Origin: Acidobacteriota bacterium
GTDB taxonomy: Bacteria; Bacteroidota; Ignavibacteria; Ignavibacteriales; SURF-24
Length of the DNA: 64,000 bases
NCBI GenBank assembly: GCA_050258415.1
Contig: JBLMYS010000147.1
Span: 3,246 to 67,245, forward strand
Direction: 5' to 3'
Shown: one piece after another, positions 17,132 to 25,693 of the stretch
Position numbering within the stretch: position 1 is the stretch's first letter
Layout: every line of letters begins with the position of its first letter
Notes under the pieces: generated by a model
What the model was told of the DNA's origin: nothing
The model's input: the letters and a program-made list of their open reading frames with translations, nothing else
The model's database searches: none
Program-made: the position numbers and the translations under genes

Positions 17132-19534
17132 TTACTTTATAATAATCATTTTACGCGTTGAGACAAATGAGCCTGTTCTTAGCGTATAAAAATAAATTCC
17201 GCTCGGAATGTTCAACTGATTGGAATTAAAATCGGCACTGTAAGAGCCTGCATTCTGATTCCTGTCGACCAGCACTGCAATCTCTTTTCCAAGAACGTCA
17301 AACACACTCAGTCTTACATAACCTTCTTTGGCTATGGAATACCTGATCACGGTCGAGGGATTAAAAGGATTTGGGAAATTCTGCTTTAATGAGTATTCCC
17401 TTACAACCTGTTCCTTCTTTTCTTCCTTCACGTCATTTACCGCGGTCGTCTGAAATCCGAATGTTGAGGACCACTCACCGGTTCCAAGCGTATTTCTTGC
17501 CCTGACGTGCCAATAATGCTTTTTATTCAATGCAAGCACTCTGCTTATTGTAAAAGCCGTATCAGTTACAACCGTATCCAGAACAATTTGAGAAGTCATT
17601 GTTGAGGCAGTTGATAACTGGAACTGGTACTCTGTAGCCTTAGGATCCTTCTGCCATGAGAATTTTGGCGACAAGGATACGTTAGTAGTAGCGTGTGCCG
17701 GAGCAAGAAGAACAGGTTTCATCGGAATACCTGACACAAAACTCATGAACTGTGAGTATGCGCTAAGGCCGCCCTGTCCTGCCGATTTTACTCTCCAGTA
17801 ATACGTCTGTCCTGCAGCAACGCTGGAGAAATAGAAGCTCAGACTCTTGTGTTCAGGTGCAGTAAAAACAATGTCACTGAATAAGGAGTCTGTTGCTATC
17901 TGAACAACGTAGCTTTCTGCCAAAGGCGCACTCTGCCATTTAAGGGTTGCGAATGTATTCGTTTTTGGATAATAATTCGGAGGTGATGTCAGCACCGGAG
18001 CCTGTGGAATCTGATCCGGCATGCTCTGATGGAGTACGTTGCTCATTACGCTTTCGTTTGAATAACGGTCCAGTGCTGTAACCACGTAATAATCGCCGCT
18101 TGTAACTGAATATTTTGCAACTGTTGAGGGAAGGGTTGTTGTTCCATAAGTTGCAAGTATCTTCGATGCATCTTTCAGCATTTCGGCTGTTGGCTGGCTT
18201 TCAAATCTGTAGACAATGTATGAAAATGCCGTATCGCCGTCTGTAGCCTTGGCCGGTGCATCCCATTTCAGGTCATATTTTCCTGTTACCGAATTCTTCT
18301 CGGCCCTCAGGTTAACAGGAGCGTTTGGACGCGTTGTGCTGCCGGGCAGCCACTCCATCTTTGGCGTAACTGCCGGGTACAGGTAATAATTATGCACAAG
18401 GCTATCGGCACAACCTGCATAATTGCCCGTAACACTTTGTGAACTGAAGTATACTTCCCCTTTTACTGTCGGAGTATTACGATTTGCCCTCATTTCCCAG
18501 CCAATTTCATTTGCCCCATATGAGCTATACCTGTATGCCGGGGCTCCGACATAAAGATGTCTTCCGTTTAACGTCGAAGCTCCCGACCATGTAGGAAGAA
18601 GACCGCCATAGTTTGCCGAATATAACTGCGGCATTATATAGTCGATGTATGAGGTACCAGTATGCGATACTCCGCTTTCATCAGTATAATTTCCCTTGAG
18701 CCATCCGAAAGTATCGCAGAAAATCGACAGGTTAACCGAAGGGCCTCCGGCAGGGCTGATGCCAAACTTAACCCAGGGTTTTACAGTCTTTATACTGTCG
18801 TTGATCTCTGCCAGAAGCATGTTCACGTTGTTCATGCGCCATGCTGTCTTATCTGTAAAAGTACCTTTGTAGGACGCAAAAGTAGCATCATCATTAAATG
18901 TTCCATACTCGGTATAAGGATAGAAATAATCGTCAAAATGAATACCGTCCACATCATAGCGGCGGACAATATCCATAATTACGCTGAGCAGATACTTGCG
19001 TACTTCAGGCAGACCGGGATTTAGAAAACGGTACTCGGAGCCGTTGCACTTAATAATCCATTCAGGGTGCCTTAACGCGATGCTTGTTGATCCAAATACA
19101 GGGTCATCTCCAGACATATTCACCCTGTATGGGTTTATCCATGCGTGGAGCTCCATGGCCCTTTTGTGCGCTTCCTGGATTGCGAACTGAAGAGGATCAT
19201 AAGTCGGATCAGAGGGTGCCGCCCCCTCCTGCCCCGTAAGGTACTTCGACCAGGGTTCTCCGATTGAATTCTTGTAAATTGCATCTGCTTTTGGCCTTAC
19301 ATGAAAAAACATTGCATTCATGCCGTAGCTCTTATGCTGATCAAATGTTGAAACAAGCTGGTCTTTTTGAGACTTTATGTCGCTGGCCGAAGTGCCCCTT
19401 GTGGAGGGCCAGTCGATACCAAGCGAGGCTATCCAAACGCCTCTTAATTCCTGCTTTGGATATGTCTGTGAAAATAACAAAGCCGATGTCATTAGGATAG
19501 CAAATAAACAGTAGAATATTTTTTTCATAAGCAT
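17132..19534 (-). CDS. T9SS cargo: GHL10 protein, tandem paralog of 14533-16962
   Basis: 800 aa, collinear with its neighbour along its whole length (ELRGVWIASLGIDWPS, DGIHFDDYFYPYTEYGTFNDD identical blocks). Same FN3-like modules and CTD KQNFPNPFNPSTVIRYSI. Confidence 0.8.
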   Translation of the reverse strand: MLMKKIFYCLFAILMTSALLFSQTYPKQELRGVWIASLGIDWPSTRGTSASDIKSQKDQLVSTFDQHKSYGMNAMFFHVRPKADAIYKNSIGEPWSKYLTGQEGAAPSDPTYDPLQFAIQEAHKRAMELHAWINPYRVNMSGDDPVFGSTSIALRHPEWIIKCNGSEYRFLNPGLPEVRKYLLSVIMDIVRRYDVDGIHFDDYFYPYTEYGTFNDDATFASYKGTFTDKTAWRMNNVNMLLAEINDSIKTVKPWVKFGISPAGGPSVNLSIFCDTFGWLKGNYTDESGVSHTGTSYIDYIMPQLYSANYGGLLPTWSGASTLNGRHLYVGAPAYRYSSYGANEIGWEMRANRNTPTVKGEVYFSSQSVTGNYAGCADSLVHNYYLYPAVTPKMEWLPGSTTRPNAPVNLRAEKNSVTGKYDLKWDAPAKATDGDTAFSYIVYRFESQPTAEMLKDASKILATYGTTTLPSTVAKYSVTSGDYYVVTALDRYSNESVMSNVLHQSMPDQIPQAPVLTSPPNYYPKTNTFATLKWQSAPLAESYVVQIATDSLFSDIVFTAPEHKSLSFYFSSVAAGQTYYWRVKSAGQGGLSAYSQFMSFVSGIPMKPVLLAPAHATTNVSLSPKFSWQKDPKATEYQFQLSTASTMTSQIVLDTVVTDTAFTISRVLALNKKHYWHVRARNTLGTGEWSSTFGFQTTAVNDVKEEKKEQVVREYSLKQNFPNPFNPSTVIRYSIAKEGYVRLSVFDVLGKEIAVLVDRNQNAGSYSADFNSNQLNIPSGIYFYTLRTGSFVSTRKMIIIK

Positions 19535-19579
19535 TTCTTGTTTAATGATTTAAGGGATTTATTGTGCTATGGAAGATAG

Positions 19580-19587
19580 CAAAAGTA
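19580..19587 (-). promoter_or_regulatory. -7 box candidate TACTTTTG upstream of GHL10 gene 17132-19534
   Basis: The minus strand reads TACTTTTG. Lies 46 nt upstream of ATG 19534. Confidence 0.4.
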
Positions 19588-19690
19588 TTTGGAAATCCGA
19601 AGACAATTCCGGGGAATATTTTTTGCCCTGCGGATTTTCCCGTTTGGGATGCGTTTTCAAGGGAGAAATGTGCGTTTATAACAGTATTTA

Positions 19691-19718
19691 AAACAAAAGC
19701 CGCCCAGGGGCGGCTTTT
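19691..19718 (-). terminator. Intrinsic terminator ending the five-gene TonB-receptor operon
   Basis: aaaagccgcc / ggcggctttt stem with loop cagg. On the minus strand it is followed by TTTTGTTT. Lies 28 nt after stop 19746. Confidence 0.8.
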
Positions 19719-19745
19719 GCATGAATTAGAATTTTTTCAATTCTA

Positions 19746-21080
19746 TTACTTCATAAGTGTCATCTTGCGGCTTAACATAACGCCGTTTGCATTCAGCTGA
19801 TAGATATAGATGCCTGAAGTAAGGTTCTGGCCGTCAACTCTTACAGAGTAGCTGCCTTTTGTCATCTGGCCGTTAACCAGAGTTGAAACTTCCTTGCCAA
19901 GTATATCATATACTTTCAGAGATACAAATCCGTCCTTTGCAACTGAGAACTTAATCTCTGTTGAAGGGTTGAACGGGTTTGGATAGTTCTGTGAAAGTGA
20001 ATAGCTTTCAACAACTGCGTTTTCTTTCTTTACGCCGGTCTGAAGATTTGCTGTAATATAACGCTGGAGTAGTGGAACGCCAGAAGCATTAAACTGAATA
20101 ATGTAAGCTGTCTTTCCATTAGGACTGAAAGCAATACCTCTGTTTCTTTCTGACAGGTCGTTGCCGAGGAAAGGTGTTGTATACTTCCAAGCAAGGCTGT
20201 CAAGAACCTTCCAGTCAGAAGTTCTTACACCGTAATAGGTTCCTTTGGTAACAAATCTATCCGGCTGTAATGGACCATATGCGCCATTAGGAGCAACCTG
20301 GTAAGAACCGGCGCTGGCGTATAAGAGTTTGTTTACAGGATTCCAACCAATACCTTCAACAGCCCAGCCTATTAATACTGAATCTTTGAGTGCGAAGCTC
20401 TGGAATGCATCCGGCTTCTGGTAAACCCAGGTCTTAAGAGCTGAATATCTCGGTATATAAAGAGTCATACCGTCTTTGCTAACTTCAAGAGTTCTGCCGT
20501 AATCGGCCACAGCGTCAACAGCATTCTCTGAGAAAGTTAAGTTTGAGTCAAGAATTTCAACAGGATTTCCTGGTAATGTATAAGAAACATAAACGTTTCC
20601 TACAGTATCAGCGGCGCAGCGTGTAAGACCAGCTTTGCCTAAATATGTAGCCAGAACTTCACCGGTTTTGTAGTTAAGTTTAACTACTGTCTTGCCCTGT
20701 GAAAGGAGGATGTTTCCTCTGAAATCCTTATTCAAACCTGTGTTTGAGCCGAACCAGAAAGGAAGAACTTTGCCGCTCTTATCTTTCCATGTTCTTACCG
20801 GCGAAATTGTAGCCGGGCTGCCATCAGGATTGAAAACGTATACAGGTACTGTCTTGAACCACTTGTTGCTGTCTGCAACAAATACGGTATCTCTGATGAG
20901 AGTATTGTACTGAGCAACCCAGATCTTGCCGTCAGGATCAACAGCAATACCATGACCAGCTGAACTGCCTTTTAATGTATCAATGTCCCCTTTTCCAAAC
21001 GGGGTCAGTGTCCACTGTGAAAAGGAAGTAGCTGAAAAGGCTATCAACAATGTAACAACGAACAATAGACGTTTCATCAT
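19746..21080 (-). CDS. T9SS cargo: secreted beta-propeller-like protein (NHL/TolB-like repeats), function unknown
   Basis: 444 aa with a signal peptide. GHGIAVDPDGKIWVA-type repeats. CTD SQNYPNPFNPSTEIKFSV. Followed by an intrinsic terminator. Confidence 0.7.
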   Translation of the reverse strand: MMKRLLFVVTLLIAFSATSFSQWTLTPFGKGDIDTLKGSSAGHGIAVDPDGKIWVAQYNTLIRDTVFVADSNKWFKTVPVYVFNPDGSPATISPVRTWKDKSGKVLPFWFGSNTGLNKDFRGNILLSQGKTVVKLNYKTGEVLATYLGKAGLTRCAADTVGNVYVSYTLPGNPVEILDSNLTFSENAVDAVADYGRTLEVSKDGMTLYIPRYSALKTWVYQKPDAFQSFALKDSVLIGWAVEGIGWNPVNKLLYASAGSYQVAPNGAYGPLQPDRFVTKGTYYGVRTSDWKVLDSLAWKYTTPFLGNDLSERNRGIAFSPNGKTAYIIQFNASGVPLLQRYITANLQTGVKKENAVVESYSLSQNYPNPFNPSTEIKFSVAKDGFVSLKVYDILGKEVSTLVNGQMTKGSYSVRVDGQNLTSGIYIYQLNANGVMLSRKMTLMK

Positions 21081-21177
21081 AAATCACTCCTGTTATTTAT
21101 TTGAACTAAAATTATGAAATTATTTAGAAGGTCACCTTAATATAAGAACATCCCTCATTAATTTCATACATTTTTTT

Positions 21178-22497
21178 TTATTTTAATTCCAGTCCGTAAT
21201 ATGGTGCTCCCTGCTTAAACATTAATGTAGAAAATATTTTGGGAGAGAACTCTTTTTCAGTTTCACTGTCATTTACAACCCTGGAATAAACGAGACTTGT
21301 ACCATTTACTTTATCATACGAATTCCAGACAAAAGATGCAAAACCCGGTACAATTACACCCGGAAGTAATGCACTGGCATTTTTTGACGGGCTGACAACT
21401 ACAATTACAGGGGCGGCATCTGTACCAATATACAAATAACCATCCTGGCTGAATGTAATGCCAAGCACTGAGAACGGGACTCCGGCTGCATTGAGTCCCG
21501 GATAAGCTGCCGAAAAGTCGAAATACAATTCCTCGCTGCCGGCAACTATCTCATCGTTCACAATTTTGTAGCGCCATACGCCTTCTTTGTTATCCTTTGT
21601 TCCACCGACATAGAGATAAAGTGTGCCGTTGTCTTTGAAGACCCTGACAGCATTTATCTTTGATGATGTAGTGGCAAAATTGTACTTTGTTGCGGCTGAC
21701 ATGTCCGGCTTGATCCTGAAAATGTTCACGCCTGAACCTGCAGCCCAGATGTTGCCTGAAGGATCAAAATCGAAATCGTTGATATTCTGATCAATTCCCT
21801 GTCCTATATACGGAGCAGGTGTAGGAGCAACACCCGGATTAATTTTCCAGATACCCTTGTTCCTTCTTGCGCCAAAGAGCTGGCCCTGCTGGCCCCATGG
21901 CCCGTAAGCAAACTTCAAAGAAGTCCAGAGCTTTTCAGTTCCCTTTGGAGCGTAATCAGTAAGGTTCCTGTTAACGTCGATTTTTTTAATTCCCTGATAG
22001 ACGTTATTTGTAGCAAGGTAGAGGTAAAGGTTACCATCCCTGTCGAAAGTCAACGTCTGCGGCTGATCCAGGTAGAGGAATTTAGTAAAATATGCGGGCT
22101 GGATCTCCTTTAGAGAATAAGCAACAGGCGCAGCATAATTTGAGGCAGTCGTAACTACTACTCTTATTGCAAGCGCTTCTTTGGGAAGGTTTGGTACTTT
22201 AACCCTTATCTGTGTCGGCGTAGCTGTAATTACAGTACCCGGGACATTATCAAAATAGACTTCTGTATGTGCACTGTCGGAAAAATTGGCACCTGTTATT
22301 GTCAGAGTATCCATACCGGCATATGCAAAATCCTTCGGGGCAACAGAAGTAACTACCGGGTCGGGAGTCCCCTTGCCTTTGTACTCATCATATAAAACTG
22401 GAGCGGCATCTTTACCACAGCCATAATACATGGTGAGCGCCAGGAAGAGCAGTGCCAGGTATTTGATTCTGTTTTTCATGTAAATATTATTTTTCAT
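21178..22497 (-). CDS. Probable lipoprotein with IPT/TIG domain and beta-propeller-like C-terminal region
   Basis: 439 aa. LALTMYYGCGK is a lipobox-like Cys. VTSVAPKDFAYAGMDTLTITGANFS..VYFDNVPGTVITATPTQIRVKVP looks like IPT/TIG. Later repeats FDRDGNLYLY, FDPSGNIWAAG, FSQDGYLYIGT. Confidence 0.65.
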   Translation of the reverse strand: MKNNIYMKNRIKYLALLFLALTMYYGCGKDAAPVLYDEYKGKGTPDPVVTSVAPKDFAYAGMDTLTITGANFSDSAHTEVYFDNVPGTVITATPTQIRVKVPNLPKEALAIRVVVTTASNYAAPVAYSLKEIQPAYFTKFLYLDQPQTLTFDRDGNLYLYLATNNVYQGIKKIDVNRNLTDYAPKGTEKLWTSLKFAYGPWGQQGQLFGARRNKGIWKINPGVAPTPAPYIGQGIDQNINDFDFDPSGNIWAAGSGVNIFRIKPDMSAATKYNFATTSSKINAVRVFKDNGTLYLYVGGTKDNKEGVWRYKIVNDEIVAGSEELYFDFSAAYPGLNAAGVPFSVLGITFSQDGYLYIGTDAAPVIVVVSPSKNASALLPGVIVPGFASFVWNSYDKVNGTSLVYSRVVNDSETEKEFSPKIFSTLMFKQGAPYYGLELK

Positions 22498-22531
22498 TTT
22501 CTTACCATTTATTTACTTATTTGTATTTGGC

Positions 22532-23548
22532 TTATAAAGAGACATTTACGTTTACTCTGTGAACTGCGTTAAAGACACCATATGGAGTGTATGAGTAATC
22601 AACACCAATTCCGTAGTTCTGGTATGACTGCTTTACACCCACACCCAAAGTATAGCTTCTTTCATCAGCCGGGGTATTATAGCCGGCTCTTAAGGAAACT
22701 GTATTCATAAATGTGTACTCGGCTCCTATGTTAACCTGTTCGGGATAATCCCTGTTGTGAACGGCATCAACTGCAAGGAGGAATGAGTGCATATTCTTGT
22801 CCACATTGTCCATCAGGTCAACAGCATTGAAGGAAAGGCCCATTCTGAAAGTAAGAGGAAGCTGGAAGTTTTCCTTTTCAAACCTGGTTTCCTGCGAGAA
22901 GTTCTTTACAGACATTGCAAAGTTAAGACTGCGGAAGCCCGTTCTGTAAAGCAAGCCGAAATCGAAGGCCATTACGCCCCTGACGTGGTCACTTTTGACA
23001 TAACTGCCATCAGAATTAACAGAGGTTACGGCAGCTCCAAGCGACTGTTTTGCATATTTGACGCTACCGCCAAGTGCCAGTTTATCGTTAAGCGCCTTTG
23101 CATAGCTTACGCCAATTGAAAGTGCGTAAGGACGGAAGGTGCCTAATTCAATAAAGCCGTCAGAATTTTTAGCTGAAATGGTTTCGATAAAATCGCCGTA
23201 ATCTACATTCATAGCTGTTAAACCGATTACACCCCAGTCGCCGCCGAAAGGAGCAAATGTTACAGCACCGAACATATATTTGATATCCGCAATCCATGTC
23301 ATGGAACCTGCCGTTGCATTAAGCAGGTTTTCCTGACGGGCGACACTGGAAGGGTTGGCAAAAAGAAATGCAGCATTGCCGTCGAGCGCAGTAACTGCCT
23401 CGCCGAGACCTGCGGTCCTTGCATCCAGTGTTGCACTCATGAACTTCATACCGCTCTGTGCCAGCTTCTGGTTTTCCTGTGCCTGGAGCCTGCCTGAGAG
23501 CAAAGTTCCTAAGATTAAACTTATTGTTATTATAAATATTTTTTTCAT
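22532..23548 (-). CDS. PorV/PorQ-family (FadL-like) outer membrane beta-barrel
   Basis: 338 aa with a signal peptide. N-terminal GMKFMSATLDARTAGLGEAVTALDGNAAFLFANPSSVA matches the FL.i..ARa.alGgA...NPA pattern of PorV/PorQ-type barrels. Alternating beta-strand pattern to the C-terminus. The family call is by eye only. Confidence 0.55.
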   Translation of the reverse strand: MKKIFIITISLILGTLLSGRLQAQENQKLAQSGMKFMSATLDARTAGLGEAVTALDGNAAFLFANPSSVARQENLLNATAGSMTWIADIKYMFGAVTFAPFGGDWGVIGLTAMNVDYGDFIETISAKNSDGFIELGTFRPYALSIGVSYAKALNDKLALGGSVKYAKQSLGAAVTSVNSDGSYVKSDHVRGVMAFDFGLLYRTGFRSLNFAMSVKNFSQETRFEKENFQLPLTFRMGLSFNAVDLMDNVDKNMHSFLLAVDAVHNRDYPEQVNIGAEYTFMNTVSLRAGYNTPADERSYTLGVGVKQSYQNYGIGVDYSYTPYGVFNAVHRVNVNVSL

Positions 23549-23571
23549 TTTTATTACCTGCCTGCAAATAA

Positions 23572-25677
23572 TTATCGGATTATGGAAAATTTAGCAATGT
23601 GCTTTTCACCCGTTTCCGTATTGGTTATTACGGCAATATAGATACCGCTTACGAGCAGCTGGTTTGAACTTGTTATAGATCTCCAGTAAACATCACCGCT
23701 TCCGTTGTCGTGATTAAGTGTCTGGATAAGCTCACCCATCTCGGTATATATCTTAATTGTACATTTACCGGGAGTGTTATAGAAGTGGAGCTCATTCGTG
23801 AACTGGCCACCGAATCTTGTAGCGTCAACATCCGAGCCGAGGAAGAACGGATTTGGAATGATCCTGACATCACTAATATTCTTTCCGGCAGGCCTAAGGA
23901 GGTTTGCTCCGTCATAAGTCTGTGTATAATACCTGCTGCTCTTTAGTGTATAAGCAGGAATATTCAGTGCAGTATTTGCAGGCTGCTGGTCGCCTACAGA
24001 CAGTATATAATAGAAGTAGTACAAACCGCGTACAGGGCTCATATCTTCATAGCTTCTTTCATTAGCTCCTGCCTTGTAAATAAGATGGTATGTACTATCG
24101 TACTGTCCAAGCGCTCTGTAGATTTCAAATCCTTTCACCGAAGGATCATCACTTTCCCATGAAAGAGCGATCTTGTCACCACCTGAGGTAACGGAGAACA
24201 GTTTCGGAGGTCTCGGGGGCTGAACAAGATTCCAGTTATTATTAAAGTTGTCAGTTGCTCTTCTCCAAGTCTGCATGAGAGAGTCTTTGCCTGTCATGAC
24301 AAATTCATTTTTTTCTTTTTCAACTGCTGTAAACTGCGGTGTCTTGTAGGCATTCTTGTACTTCTTTCCCATCTCAACTGCAGCTTCGCGGCTGATGCCG
24401 GCGGCACCTTGAACCATTACAATCTTCACACTCTGTCCTGGTGCAAGTGTGTATGGGCCGTAAGAGTTGTTTGCAGAGAAACCGCCTGAAGTTCCCTTCT
24501 TTGGGGCCTCAGTCTGGTTTGCAAATTCCTTAAAGTTTACCACACCGCCTGCCATTGCTGCCGGATGAACACTGTATGCGTGGCGCGGGTTTGAAGTTGG
24601 CCTCTGAATGAAATTCAGATACTCATCTTTCATTTTTCCAAGGTCAAAAGCACTGTTTCCTGAATATTCCGAAATATCAGAAGATTCATAAGTTGTAACA
24701 GGCAGCTTCTTATTGTCTGTCGGATCTGTAGGTGAAGTATCAGCATGCAGCGTCAGAACACCCATAAACTGCGGAGCGGCAAGTCTTCCTACTGTATCCG
24801 AAGCAGGAGCATAACCAGATGACGATGATGGATCCCAGATCGGGCCGCCTATATTGTTATAGGTAACGATCTTTTCCGGGAAGTATCCGTGCCATGCGAA
24901 CTGTGTACGGAAATTTTCGCCCTGAGGATCTGGCAGAACACCATCGCCTCTTGCATCAAGCATTGTATTCATACCCCAGCCTGAACCGTTACCGATTACA
25001 TACCTGGTCTGCTTGCAGGGAGCCCAGCGGTAATTAAAGTAGAAGTATACATCCTTTAACGTCTGGTCTAATACTTTTACATTCTTCTCGCTCGTGTAGC
25101 CTGTGTTTGTAAAGGTATACTCCATTACTATATAGTTGTCATGATAAGGATGACTGAACTCAAAGATCTTCCTTTCCATCGATATGCCAAGCAGGGTGTT
25201 AACCTTGTTTACAATCAATCTGTCATACGGCAGGTCGGGCTTTATTTCATCGATCTCAACCGTCTTGTCATATGTCGGGTTACCGTCAACTGTAATAGTC
25301 GGCTGCTCGAATTTGCTGTACATTTTAAGTTCAACCGGGAAGAATTCACCTGTACCGGAGACTCTGGGACCTACGTGAATTACTCTGTAGGGATAGTTTC
25401 CGGAACCATCGGTAAAGTCCTTCGTTCCGATCCAAAGACCTGTGGCGCACTGCATGTCCTGGTTCTTATATATACCAGGCCATTCAAAGCCGTCCTGCTG
25501 CTCCTTCGGCATGCGGGCTTCTTCAATTTCACCACCTATAGCGGTATAGAAATTGTGAAGCGAACCGACGCTCATATTCTTGAAGGCATACTGGGCGAAG
25601 GAGACTCTGGAGCTCATCAAAAGCATCACTGCCAGTAACGACATTGCGGCGGCATATTTATTAAAACTTTTTGTCAT
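23572..25677 (-). CDS. Large secreted protein of unknown function with FN3-like module and T9SS-CTD-like tail
   Basis: 701 aa. Signal peptide MSLLAVMLLMSSRVSFAQ. No catalytic motif recognised. C-terminal IIPNPFF...GIYIAVITNTETGEKHIAKFSIIR resembles a sorting domain. Lies 16 nt downstream of the TonB-dependent receptor gene. Confidence 0.6.
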   Translation of the reverse strand: MTKSFNKYAAAMSLLAVMLLMSSRVSFAQYAFKNMSVGSLHNFYTAIGGEIEEARMPKEQQDGFEWPGIYKNQDMQCATGLWIGTKDFTDGSGNYPYRVIHVGPRVSGTGEFFPVELKMYSKFEQPTITVDGNPTYDKTVEIDEIKPDLPYDRLIVNKVNTLLGISMERKIFEFSHPYHDNYIVMEYTFTNTGYTSEKNVKVLDQTLKDVYFYFNYRWAPCKQTRYVIGNGSGWGMNTMLDARGDGVLPDPQGENFRTQFAWHGYFPEKIVTYNNIGGPIWDPSSSSGYAPASDTVGRLAAPQFMGVLTLHADTSPTDPTDNKKLPVTTYESSDISEYSGNSAFDLGKMKDEYLNFIQRPTSNPRHAYSVHPAAMAGGVVNFKEFANQTEAPKKGTSGGFSANNSYGPYTLAPGQSVKIVMVQGAAGISREAAVEMGKKYKNAYKTPQFTAVEKEKNEFVMTGKDSLMQTWRRATDNFNNNWNLVQPPRPPKLFSVTSGGDKIALSWESDDPSVKGFEIYRALGQYDSTYHLIYKAGANERSYEDMSPVRGLYYFYYILSVGDQQPANTALNIPAYTLKSSRYYTQTYDGANLLRPAGKNISDVRIIPNPFFLGSDVDATRFGGQFTNELHFYNTPGKCTIKIYTEMGELIQTLNHDNGSGDVYWRSITSSNQLLVSGIYIAVITNTETGEKHIAKFSIIR

Positions 25678-25693
25678 TTTTTCCTCGTCTAAA

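Noticed and set aside
19564-19800. 78-aa plus-strand ORF between the GHL10 gene and the operon end.
   Set aside because: It spans the intrinsic terminator hairpin and the 3' end of the 19746-21080 gene, so it is most likely spurious.
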